A DNA stretch of 64,000 bases from Eledone cirrhosa (Eukaryota): contig OZ024761.1 of NCBI GenBank assembly GCA_964016885.1, forward strand, positions 18,848,001 through 18,912,000, written 5' to 3'. The notes under the pieces were generated by a model that did not search any database, was not told the origin of the DNA, and was given only the letters and a program-made list of their open reading frames with translations. Below are positions 13,661 to 23,104 of this stretch, one piece after another. The translations under genes were made by a program, and so were the position numbers. How positions within the stretch are numbered: position 1 is the stretch's first letter; each line of letters begins with the position of its first letter.

Positions 13661-13838
13661 CATCAACACCACCACCACCACCACCAAACGCACTAAGCGT
13701 AGACTCTACAAGGAGCAGATTGTCGGCCCAATGAGCTTTGTGAATGTGACAGCAACGACAACCCTCAAACCCAAATCAGATGTATTCAGTGCAGTCATGA
13801 ACCAACTTAAGCCCAGACGAAGAGAAACTTTCAAGTGA
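436..13838 (+). CDS. 3' part (10 exons, 854 aa, 5'-partial) of a coiled-coil/low-complexity protein, probably a kinesin-6 (KIF20A/B-like) tail
   Basis: Exons 436-571, 1139-1264, 2063-2314, 3444-3736, 6222-6311, 6776-7477, 8666-8863, 9385-9486, 11889-12162 and 13447-13838 are all bounded by AG/GT with compatible phases. They sum to 2565 nt with no internal stop. KRTKRRLYKEQIVGP..SDVFSAVMNQLKPRR and QWRKQKALVVNSI recall, from memory, the KIF20B tail (KRKLYTSEISSP..SDHQIIKRRLRTK; WREERDQLVAAL). No motor domain is in the window, so identity is about 0.5 while the gene structure is high confidence. Confidence 0.8.
634..799. mobile_element. Mariner-type MITE; second, 5'-truncated copy at ~852-1033
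   Basis: TIRs TGAGGGTTGGCTGAAAAGTTCATAAGC / GCCTATGAACTTTTCAACCCACCCTCA flanked by TA on both sides. Confidence 0.8.
1139..1264 (+). CDS. Exon b: ELKDKSSLIETLKMSLKDQDDAIIKLENLLGRKDDRILTLEE
   Basis: ttgcag|AG acceptor and AAG|gtatgt donor; heptad coiled-coil pattern; phase 1-1. Confidence 0.88.
1424..1925. repeat. 103-bp tandem repeat (3 near-identical plus 2 diverged copies); related diverged copies at ~15650-15830
   Basis: taaaacatctgagaaacgtcctatgagatacaac starts at 1424, 1527 and 1630, with degenerate versions at ~1744 and ~1854. Confidence 0.85.
2063..2314 (+). CDS. Exon c: ELVEKDSHTS...SLEVQHLKMALA
   Basis: Polypyrimidine tract then aag acceptor; GCAA|gtaaga donor; matches the ORF 2023-2343 frame; phase 1-1. 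Confidence 0.85.
2599..2662 (-). ncRNA. Degenerate type I hammerhead motif in a Penelope-like fragment (~2550-2870)
   Basis: Minus strand: CTGATGA, stem II containing TAACTGTT-TCAT-AACAGTTA, then CGAAAT ATGT ATA; stem I is poor. Confidence 0.5.
2884..3340 (-). mobile_element. tRNA-headed SINE (family B)
   Basis: Reverse complement of the 7666-8012 element: TGGCTTAGTGGTTAGAGC A-box, GAGTTCAAT B-box, TCCTTGAGCAAGACACTTT core, (GAT)n tail. Confidence 0.8.
3444..3736 (+). CDS. Exon d: ITESERDSLRKRLG...TPLK..TPVK..TPGK..SPSRMTPSSSSSSSQ
   Basis: ttcag|TA acceptor gives a continuous frame with exon c; CAG|gtaata donor; phase 1-0. Confidence 0.85.
4086..4163 (+). ncRNA. Degenerate type I hammerhead motif, Penelope-like
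   Basis: CTGATGA at 4089 and GAAAC GTGC GTC at 4149-4160, followed by AATAAA; stem I only ~2 bp. Confidence 0.5.
4298..4344 (+). ncRNA. Minimal type I hammerhead ribozyme, Penelope-like
   Basis: Stem I TGCT/AGCA; CTGATGA; stem II TTCAGGCA/TGTCTGGA with one extra A on each side; GAAAC-AATT-GTC (palindromic loop III, GUC site at 4340). Confidence 0.75.
4689..4884 (-). ncRNA. Hammerhead-like motif with a very long domain II
   Basis: Minus strand: GTGTGT-CTGATGG ...~165 nt... GAAAC-AATT-GTA-ACACAC-AATAAA; 6-bp stem I; core variant CTGATGG. Confidence 0.45.
5151..5513. mobile_element. Inverted duplication (palindrome) of a Penelope-like terminal fragment
   Basis: Arms of ~165 bp are almost perfectly complementary around ~5320; each arm carries a hammerhead core; flanked by (TA)n. 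Confidence 0.75.
5187..5257 (-). ncRNA. Type I hammerhead ribozyme
   Basis: Minus strand: stem I TATTTTAT/ATAAAATA (8 bp); CTGACGA; 16-bp stem II with one mismatch and a GCAT loop; GAAAT-GCGC-ATA. The mirror copy on + at 5384-5448 has a broken stem I. Confidence 0.75.
5850..5960 (+). mobile_element. SINE family A fragment; further copies at ~8035-8160, 8960-9350, 15183-15295, 17575-17740
   Basis: GTTCAAATCCCGCCGAGGTTAACTTTGCCTTTCATCCTTACGGGGTCGATAAAATAAAGTACCAG core recurs throughout the first 18 kb; resembles Meta-domain SINE cores (from memory). Confidence 0.8.
6222..6311 (+). CDS. Exon e: VKDGGNSEVKDKKSLEEVMPGNRMMLRDVD
   Basis: ctgttag|GTA acceptor and GAC|gtaagt donor; 90 nt, phase 0-0. 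Confidence 0.85.
6776..7477 (+). CDS. Exon f: QWRKQKALVVNSIKK, His/Ser/Pro 27-aa repeats, ending SSPVPSKK
   Basis: Strong pyrimidine tract with cgcag|CAA; AAA|gtaagt donor; 702 nt open (ORF 6800-7573 frame). Confidence 0.85.
7666..8012 (+). mobile_element. Near full-length tRNA-headed SINE (family B); 3' fragments at ~11440-11645 and 20266-20404
   Basis: GGAGGCACATGGCTTAGTGGTTAGAGC...GTGAGTTCAATTC tRNA-like head, CCTTGAGCAAGACAC core, (GAT)n tail. Confidence 0.82.
8666..8863 (+). CDS. Exon g: VLVSSEPMEST...ALRRNRKRKPLETSPQ (basic NLS-like cluster)
   Basis: gacag|GTG acceptor and CAG|gtaaaa donor (alternative in-frame donor after 8884); 198 nt. Confidence 0.85.
9385..9486 (+). CDS. Exon h: KNLLNSSKYSVSTRSITLCHKANISDEQLQSSSQ
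   Basis: cttccag|AAA acceptor and CAG|gtgtgt donor; 102 nt, phase 0-0. Confidence 0.75.
9597..10760 (-). repeat. ~100-bp minisatellite, 11 copies, each with a variable (GACA)n; resembles tandem Helitron 5' ends
   Basis: Unit ttacctctaatgcatgtagattcttaagcttctcccc...gacagacagcttctcttttataatataga; the minus strand reads A^TCTATATTATAAAAGAGAAG(CTGT)n. Confidence 0.85.
10766..10947 (+). mobile_element. SINE family A with tRNA-like head; similar copy at ~14080-14262
   Basis: TGGCAGTATCGGTAGAG A-box-like, GAGTTCAAATCCC B-box, then the family A core. Confidence 0.8.
11266..11303 (-). ncRNA. Minimal type I hammerhead ribozyme
   Basis: Minus strand: GCC-CTGATGA-GTCCT TAAT AGGAC-GAAAC-ATT-GTT-GGC, then AATAAA. 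Confidence 0.75.
11889..12162 (+). CDS. Exon i: EEFKGQTRRLPSRSCKEDAIKKIQAQ...FRSSSFRK
   Basis: ccctgcag|GAG acceptor and AAG|gtaaag donor; 274 nt, phase 0-1. Confidence 0.88.
12165..13420. repeat. Compound microsatellite intron: (TG/TATG)n, (CAC/CAA)n, (GTT/GCT)n
   Basis: Read directly; fills almost the whole intron between exons i and j. Confidence 0.95.
13447..13838 (+). CDS. Terminal exon j: ARNLLKSNTSVHSP...KRTKRRLYKEQIVGP...RRRETFK*
   Basis: ttgcag|CT acceptor, phase 1; TGA at 13836-13838. Confidence 0.85.
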
Positions 13839-14359
13839 TGAACATTTTTAAAGGTTTTTCTTTATTTATATTTAAAAAAAAAAAAAAAAAAAATTTTGCC
13901 CTCCCCTTCTTCCCCTCTCTCTTCCTATATTTCTCCCTCTTCTTTCTTTTTTTTCAAGTACATGCATGGCCTTGTGGTTATGGAGTATTGGAAACAAGAT
14001 CATAAGGTTCATCATTATCATCACCATCATCACCATCATCACCATCATCACCGTTTAATGTCTATTTTGAGATTATTATGTGATTTGGCAGTATCGGTAG
14101 AGAGTCGGACACTATGCTTTGAAGCATAGAGTTACGTCCCTTTACGATCTGAGTTCAAATCCCGCTGAGGTTGACTTTGCCTTTCATCCTTACGGGGTCG
14201 ATAAAATAAAGTACCAGTAATGTACCGGGTAATTGCTGGCCTTGTGCCTAAAATAGAAACAATTATGTGAGGTAAAGCCTTGACCACAAAAATCTAATAG
14301 TATATATAGAATAATGTAAATGTTAAAGGGTTAAGACAAGGTTTTTTTATTACATAAAT

Positions 14360-14438
14360 TTATTATGCGCATTTCTGCCATGCCAACACGTTGTTGTTAC
14401 ATAATTGTAACTTAAGCTGGCATGGCCTCATCAGATAA
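14360..14438 (-). ncRNA. Type I hammerhead ribozyme with branched domain II
   Basis: Minus strand: stem I TTAT/ATAA; CTGATGA; 11-bp stem GCCATGCCAGC/GTTGGCATGGC enclosing a GTTACA/TGTAAC hairpin; GAAAT-GCGC-ATA. Confidence 0.72.
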
Positions 14439-15942
14439 CATTTTGCATTTAAGCAGATGTTACATCAGAAAATATATAAAATTATTGATAGGGTTGAATG
14501 AAAGACACATATCCATTGTGGCCTGTGTTTTGTTAGCTCATATATATATATATTTCATCATCATCATCATCATCTTTGTTTAACGTCCATCTTCCACGCT
14601 AGCAGATATATATACATGTATATATATGTATATATGAAAGATTCAGGACCCCGATAGCTGAACTCCTTCCGTTTCAACAGCTAGATCCAAACCACTACCC
14701 CTAGTATCGAGTAAGGCTCTAACTGGTTCTTACTGCATCCATTCTGATTTATATATGTAGATAAATCTACCAAGAGTTTACGGTAGTGTCCAATCCGTAT
14801 GAAGAACTCAATGTAATCCGGATATCATGAAAAGAAGAGATGCATTCAAAAATCACTTTCGGTGAAAGATAAACGGAAAACAGAGTCAATATAAATTATT
14901 AAAAAAATAATGAATAAACAAAGAAACAGTTCCTTATATTAAACAAAAAAAGTTCATTATTTTACGATCGTTTCTAGGACATATATGTGTTAGAATTGGT
15001 ATGCATATTCAAAAGATCTATGTACAAAATTATACAAACTATCAGAGAGAATATACATACCTTCACATATATATTTTTTTAATAATTTATATATATATAT
15101 ATATATATACAATAAAGTATGTCCATAGAATCATTTGATAAAATATATACATTATTTCCTCTCCCAATGGCCTTTGCCATTTTGAGTTCAAATCCCGCTG
15201 AGGTTAACTTTGCCTTTCATCCTTACGTGGTTGATAAAATAAAGTACCAGTAATGTACTGGGTATTTGCTGGCCTTGTGCCAAAAAGTAGAAAGAATTAT
15301 TTCCTCTCCCAATCAGCATAATCAACCACACAAAAAAAAACAATTAAACCAGGCTATAAGATTAAAAGGCACCTATGAAGACATAGTAGATAAATAAATG
15401 ACAGCCATCTATCCGCGATCAACAGCTATAGAATATTTACCCAGCATTTCAATAGCACGTGGGAATCGATTAAATATATTGTCAACCATACACAATTAGG
15501 TATAAAATCAAAGTCGGAAGAAAAAAAGTATATAAGCATACCAAAATTATGTTATATATATATATATCATCATCATCACCGTTTTTACGTCCATTCTTCC
15601 ATGCTAGCATATATATATATATATATATATACACAATATATCATAATATGACTGCAGCCCAATCATTAAAACTCCCCAGAAACCGCCTGTGAGATACAAA
15701 ACTCACAGGAGGCCTGCTAAACATATATAGGTGTGAAGTATAACAACAGTATAGGATTGGGGCTCCTTATCACTAAGACACCCAAGAAATCTCCTGTGAG
15801 ACACAGCTAAATATGTAAAGGTGGGAGCTCTATAAATTTTGTTTTCTATTTTATTTTGGCAAGGTAAACTACCATATATGGTGTATAAGTCGCACTTTTT
15901 CCAATGAAAATGATGATGATTGAAAATGATCTATCTACACAA

Positions 15943-15997
<55 letters not shown>

Positions 15998-16032
15998 AAC
16001 ACATATATAGAGATATGTGTTTTGCACAAGTA

Positions 16033-16094
<62 letters not shown>

Positions 16095-16292
16095 AACATA
16101 TATATAGATATATGTATTATACACAAGTATAATTTTGTTTTACATATTTTTACTTTATTTCAATTTAACCTTTTATTAGCATATTTCTAATGAAAGACAC
16201 CGTCTGATTTTCAAACAATTTTCAATAAAATCAAGTATTTTGGAGGGATTTTGTAAGATAACTAACTTTCTTACTATTAAGCTGGTGTTTAA

Positions 16293-16511
16293 CCCTTTAG
16301 CATTTAAACCAGCCGTATCCGGCCAGAATTCTCTCACCTCTTTCTGTTCTAACTGGCTCTAACCAGCAACTCATACTTATGTTAAGGTATTGTACTCAAA
16401 ATAAGTAATATCAAAATCATAGATTCGATATTATGTGAGATATTTATGTGAGATAAAGCCTTTACCACGAAAATACAATAGTAAATATAGAGTAATGTAA
16501 ATGCTAAAGGG
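16293..16511. mobile_element. piggyBac-type MITE; related fragments at ~6000-6155 and ~14265-14335
   Basis: TTAA|CCCTTTAGCATTTA ... TAAATGCTAAAGGG|TTTA: terminal inverted repeats with a TTAA-like target site. Confidence 0.75.
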
Positions 16512-16990
16512 TTTAAACATAACTTAACAAAGATTCTTACATAAAATCATGTTAGAACATTTTAAAATAAATAATACTTTAACCCATCGATTTAACCCAA
16601 CGTATTCCTAATCAAAGACATATTTTATCATTTTGAAATTCATCAATTAGGAGTGATTTAGTAATATAGATATTTCCATTTTTAAGTTGTTGTTTGGAAC
16701 ATAACTTAAAGGTCATGAAATTGTTGCTTTTTATATATTTATATATACATTTTTATACTGTAGAATGATTACACAAAATATTGAATTCTTCTTCCTATAT
16801 ATATATATCTATATATCTATATGTGTGTGTATATATATATATATATATATACACACACATAAACACACAGCCTCTCCCCATCAGTGTATATATCTCATAT
16901 TTATTCCGTCCCCACTTTCTATTTAAAATCTTGTTAGATTTTGAGATAACCAAACCATCTATTAGGTTTATTTTATTTTATTTTGCTTGT

Positions 16991-17146
<156 letters not shown>

Positions 17147-17223
17147 GATATTACCCACTCTACTACTCCAAACATTGAGTACTCTGGTGGGTTATGGTCC
17201 ACCTGGTATTTTACCACAACCTA

Positions 17224-17261
<38 letters not shown>

Positions 17262-18390
17262 TATAGCAGTAATTTGGCAGAGTCATCAGGGCGTCATATT
17301 AAATGAGGTGAATGTTGGACTGTAGGTAAAGTAAATGTCTTGTTGAATATTTCTGGAACATTTAAACAATGTCTAACATTTGGCTTGTCTCTGAAACAAG
17401 GGAAATGTTTGTTATTGTGTTTGTTAAATGAAATGTCTATTTGACTGGTTGTAAATATCTATTTGATTATTAGCTGAATACCCACAGTACAACTGTCTAT
17501 GAAGTAGATTACCTTGAGTACAGCTGCCTGTGATATTACATGTCTTTATGACAAACTTATACCTTTAGGAAATAGGTGGCGAATTGGCAAAGTCGTTAGA
17601 ATGTTGGATAGAATGCTTTATGGTATTTGTTCTCGTTGTTTTCTGTTCTCTGGGTTCAAATCCTGCCAACGTCAACTTTGCCTTTCATCCTTTCGAGGTC
17701 GATAAAAAAAAAGTACCAGTTTAGTACTGGGGTCGATTTTTCCTCTATATCCCTTTCTCATTTCCTCTCTTTTACTTTCTATCTTTCTCTGGAAGAAATC
17801 TGCTGTATTCAGGCATGGAGAAGGTTTTAAAATGCCCAAGAAATGCCGTATGGTGTCCCCACCACTTCCTTGGGAGTTACAAAACCATATATACATACAA
17901 ATAGAATACCAGTCTAGTACTGGGGTCGATTTTTCCTCTATATCCCTTTCTCATTTCCTCTCTTTTACTTTCTATCTTTCTCTGGAAGAAATCTGCTGTA
18001 TTCATACCTGGAGAAGGTTGGGCTCCGTCAGGCTAAAACATGCCAAAGAAAGGCTGTATGTCAATAGGGTGCCCCTACGACTCTATCAAGAGTTACGGGA
18101 CCACACCATACTATACTTATAGGACAGCTTATGCCTAAAGGATAGCCTTACCTATAGGACAACCTGTGAAGTTAAATGTCTTTAGGACTGCCTATACCTA
18201 TAGGACAGAGTATGCTGATAGGTCAGCCTACTCCTAATAACATCATTTTACCTACAAGAAATTTGTGTGTATATATATATATATATATATAAATACATAT
18301 ATGTACACATACACACATAAACATGTATATATATCTAAAAATATATATACACACAAATATGTTTGAATGTTTTAAAAACATAACACACAC

Positions 18391-18441
<51 letters not shown>

Positions 18442-18795
18442 TGAGAGAGAGAGAGAGAGAAAGATTTATAAATGTAGGTATGGAATGTTTAAATATAAAC
18501 ATAAGCATACATATATGTGTGTGTATATACACTTTATATATACATCAGAATATATGTAAATACCTTAGACTATTTTGATTGACATCTTGACTTTTATTTT
18601 TTTTCAATAAAATGAAACTGAAAATATATCTTTGTTTGTTTTGTTACTTTGTGATAGTGGTGGCAGCGAAAAATCAGTGGAGCATCGAATAAAGTGACAT
18701 GAGCTTTATTTTGTTGCACACATTTTTATAATGAGTTCAAATTACACTGAAGTTGACAATACCTGCTGTGTAAGTGTATGTATATAAGTGTGTTA

Positions 18796-18848
<53 letters not shown>

Positions 18849-18998
18849 ATACTTTGGGAGGGTCATGTTGCCAATAAGAAACACACGCACCAGTTGCTTT
18901 CACTTCAATTTATTATATATTTATAAATTTACAAATTTATAAATCTATAAATTTCTGGTTGGTTGGTTGGTTTCACAACCAGATAGTTGTTTATATAT

Positions 18999-19043
18999 AG
19001 TCATAGTCCTTTCGTCACACACTCTGTGACCTCTTCAGTGACT
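18999..19043 (-). ncRNA. Minimal type I hammerhead in a Penelope-like fragment (~18845-19166) with an inverted 5' end
   Basis: Minus strand: AGTCA-CTGAAGA-G GTCACA GAGTG TGTGAC-GAAAG-GA-CTA-TGACT; adjoining inverted repeat at 19038-19166. Confidence 0.65.
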
Positions 19044-19389
19044 GGGGATTCCTTTCTTTGTCTCCTTTGTTTTGTTCTGTCCTAAATGGCGTAGAGAAAC
19101 AAAATGGCGTAGGACAGAACAAAACAAAGGAGAGGCGCGGAGACAAAGAAAGGAATCCCCAGTCACATCCTCCAGTAAGACACTCCCGAAAAACTGACCT
19201 TTCCTCCTGTTATAACCAAACGGTGTGTCCAGCTCCACACTTCTCATTATTTTTAGTTCTTCTTGTCCAGAATGTCGGCTCCATGGAACTCTCTGTTTAC
19301 ATCTTTCTGTAACAATAAGGTTTGCAACAGTTTAAGTACATGGTACAACAGTTTAAGTACATGGTACTTCTATAAATAAAACAAACCCA

Positions 19390-20265
19390 CCCCAAGCAAG
19401 TGTTTCGACGTGTGTGTGTAGAATAAACGCAAGGTTTGATGGATCAAGAAAATAAAAATTATTCCTTCTGATATATATATCTTGTACATTGTATTATATT
19501 AAGAGGTTCTGTAAATTAAAAACAATGAAAGTGACCTCTAAATTTAACGTCACTTTGATATTAAGACATTCTTCATAGTAAGTTAAATCAAGGGTTTACT
19601 ACTTAGTGCATTTATGTGTCTTTGTCTTATCTCCAAATAAAGTTTTAAATTGTATGGCACGTTTATTTATATGCTGACTGTCTTACCACTAGAAAGAGAT
19701 AAATAAAGCTTTAAATGGTATGAAATACGTGTTCAAATCAAGCAAATTCCTTACAGTGTGAGGATAAAAAAAAAAAATTTATGTTTTAAGTTGATTCGAA
19801 ATCCAACCATGGCATTCCCTAGTTCTATGTCTTACCACTAGACTATAAAGACTTAAGCAATTTCCTTCTGAATATTTACATATATAAACTTATTTTCAGT
19901 CTAACAATAAAATAGCTTTAAATGTGTTAATTTTCACTCTATATTTATTACTCTGTAGGTGGCCGTGTGGGTAGTTGTGGTGTATCTATGTATAGATTTG
20001 GAGACCGGGTTTCGATCTTCTACTTCATTTAAAACATTTTATTTTATTAATTTAAAAGGATGGTCTCAACCTTCTCGGCTACCCGGGGCCACAATCATCT
20101 CGTAGCCACCATTTTAGTTCCCCTCTGGCTCGAACATACATTACCTACACAACCACTACCTACGATACCAGCTCTTTACCAGACGCCCGCCAAGCAGCCG
20201 TGATTCTACTGTGCAAATTTCATATATTTAAATCTATTTTAACATTTCTTTAATAAAGAACCACA
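19390..20265. repeat. Diverged, truncated boundary copy of the macrosatellite unit
   Basis: Colinear with 22240-23140 (aagcaagtgtttcgacg...ttaataaagaac) but with many more substitutions and indels than array units show among themselves. Confidence 0.85.
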
Positions 20266-20689
20266 TTCCTTGAGCAAGACACTTTATTTCACATTGCTCC
20301 AGTTTACTCAGCTGTAGAAATGAGATGATAGGGACTGGGGTCCCTATCATTCCATTGCAAAGTGATCGTGTAGGTGCCACGGCAAAAAAGCACCCAGCAC
20401 TCACGTTTTCAAACAAAAGAAAAATTTATGGAAACAAACACGAAATTTTTGCCAAGAAAGATAACTCTTCTATGACTTAAATCCAAAATTAGGATACAAA
20501 AAATTGCGGTATTTATTTTGTATCCCAATTTTGGATTTAAGTCAGAGAAGAGTTATCTTTCTTGGCAAAAATTTCGGTTTTGTTTACATAAAATTCTCTT
20601 TTGTTTGAAAAGTTAGAGGGGGGAAAAAGGAGAAGTTTTTCTTTTTTATGCTAGAAACAACAGTGAAAGTAATATATATGTATATAGAT

Positions 20690-20746
<57 letters not shown>

Positions 20747-21063
20747 TACAGTAAACCCCGACATTCGCGGAATATTCTTTAGAACCTAAGTAATAATTAT
20801 ATCTATCTATATATATATATAGAAATAGACACACAGATATATATATATACACACATATATATCTATATATGTCTGTATGTATACATATGTTTATGTATAT
20901 ATATATATAAGTATTTATATGTATATATACATTTACACATATATATACATACACACACACACATATTTATATGTACAAACACACACACACACATATATAC
21001 TGTGCCAATCTATTGAGTACATTGTATTTATTGTGGTTTCTCTCCGACGCGACCCGTGAATCT

Positions 21064-21120
<57 letters not shown>

Positions 21121-22829
21121 GTGGTAAAACGAGTCGCACCCAAAGTACGACATTTGGCTGCTATTTCTAGCAGGTTTAGAATTTACTATTTTCCAAACAG
21201 AATTCTGTTTTACACCCCTCATTCTGAACTCGATTTCAAATTACCGGGTAGTTTGTTGAAGCACGGTTCAACTGAAATATCTACACCGGTAACTTAATTA
21301 GTGTTACACCGGTATACCTGAGGCATAAACTATTTGGCATTCTTCGAAGGAGGTACTGGTTTTTTCGCTGTCTTAAATGGTGTATATACGCACACACATA
21401 AATTAATGTTTATCTCTGTACAAAGAGATTAACATCATTTCTTAAATTATTATTTAGGGTTTTACAACAAAACGTATTGTATGTGTAATTATACATACAT
21501 TGAATTTAAGTATTTATTTTTTAATTTTACATACATTTTAGTAGTATATATATATATTCATTTGTGTGTGCGTTAATTTCGTGGGTAACTGCAGTTAACG
21601 TTCGTCTCGTGTTGGGTTTTATTACAGAGTTAAAGTGACTGTAGAGTGTGAATAAAAAAAGTAAGAAAGATCGAAAACACTGTTGCTGTATAGATATATA
21701 TAAATTTTATTGGCACATTAAAATTGTTTCAATATTGATAGTTCGGAGTACAATCATAATATGTATATATTTTTCACATGAAATCAATATTCAAACTGAC
21801 CCCAGTGTGTTTATTTTAAAGCGACGAAATTCTACCTCCCAGGGATTTGAACACAGTTTCATGTTACTGGGTGGTACGATGAAGCAGAGAGAGAGTATAA
21901 AATCGCTACACTGGTGGCATATTTAGTGTTTCACCGGTTTTCTTATAACAACACACTGGATACGACGTGCATGAGAGAGGTAAAGTTTTATTTGTCTTCC
22001 GTGTTAGAGTATAACTGTAGTTTGACTTGTTAAATTTATAGTATATGTTTGTTATATATATTCTTAACTATGCAATGATAGCATCTCAGTCACTAATTTC
22101 ATCTCTTTGGAGGTTACTGCTCTGATGTCATCTCTTCCACTAAGACACTCTCCATAGCCTTGCCTCTCCTCGTAACATCACCCAAAGTTGTATCAATCTC
22201 CACCAAGCCAACACTTCTCATTATCTCTAAGAAAGCCACCTTAAGCAAGTGTTTCGACGTGTGTGTGTGTGTAGAATAAACGCAAGGTTTGACGAAACAA
22301 GAAAATAAAAAATATTCCTTCTAATATATATATCTTGTACATTGTATTATATTAAGGTGTTTCTGTAAATTAAAAACAATGAAAGTGACCCCTAAATTTA
22401 ATGTCACTTTGATATTAACAGACATTCTTCATCTTCATAGTAAGTTCAATCAAGGGTTTACTACTTGGTGTATTTATGTGTCTTTGTCTCATCTCCAAAT
22501 AAAGTTTTAAATGGTATGGCAACGTGTTGAAGTGAATCACGTTTATTTATATGCTGACTGTGTTACGACGAGAAAGAGAAAAATAAAGCTTTAAATGGTA
22601 TGACTACGTGTTCAAATCAAGCAAATTCCTTACAGTGTGAGGATAAAAAAAGTTAATGTTTTAAGTTGATTCGAAATCCAACTACGGCATTCCCCAGTCC
22701 TATGTCTTACCACTAGACTATAAAGACTTAAGTGATTTGCTTTTGAATATTTACATATATAAACTTATTTTTAGTCTAATAATAAAATAGCTTTAAATGT
22801 GTTTATTTTCACTCTGTATTTGTTGGTCT

Positions 22830-22916
22830 GTAGGTGGCCGTGTGGGTAGTTGTGGTGTATCTATGCATCAATTCAGTGTGTGTATAGATTTGGAGATAGG
22901 GTTTCGATCTTCTACT
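22830..22916 (+). pseudogene. tRNA-like element or SINE head, one per unit
   Basis: TGGCCGTGTGG A-box-like; GGTTTCGATC B-box-like; GTAGG/TCTAC ends; 9-bp ATCTATGCA/TGTATAGAT stem; not a canonical cloverleaf. Confidence 0.35.
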
Positions 22917-22929
22917 TTATCTTAAATAT

Positions 22930-23075
22930 AAAACATTTTTATTTTTTTTATTTTAAATATTGGTCTCTATCTTCTGGGATACCCGGGGCCACGATCATCT
23001 CGAAGCCACCCTTCTAGTTCCCCCTCCGCTCGAACCTACACTACCACCACTTTACCAGACGCCCGCCAAGCGGCC
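22930..23075 (-). ncRNA. Candidate Pol III transcript or SINE-like cassette, one per unit (5' ends at 20199, 23075, 29315, 35562, 41868, 48150, 54437, 60741)
   Basis: GGCCGCTTGGCGGGCGTCTGGTAAAG (A-box-like), GGTTCGAGC (B-box-like), A-rich tail, then TTTT; a CpG-rich island in an AT-rich unit. Confidence 0.4.
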
Positions 23076-23104
23076 GTAATTCTACTGTGCAAATTTCATA
23101 TATT

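Noticed and set aside
19035-19312. Possible host exon RCKQRVPW...MRSVELDTPFGYNRRKGQFFGSVLLED, homologous to IMRSVGLVEIDTTLGDVTRRGKAMESVLVEE in the array
   Set aside because: No partner exons found; it resembles a decayed RTE-type LINE C-terminal region and is cut by a Penelope-like insertion.
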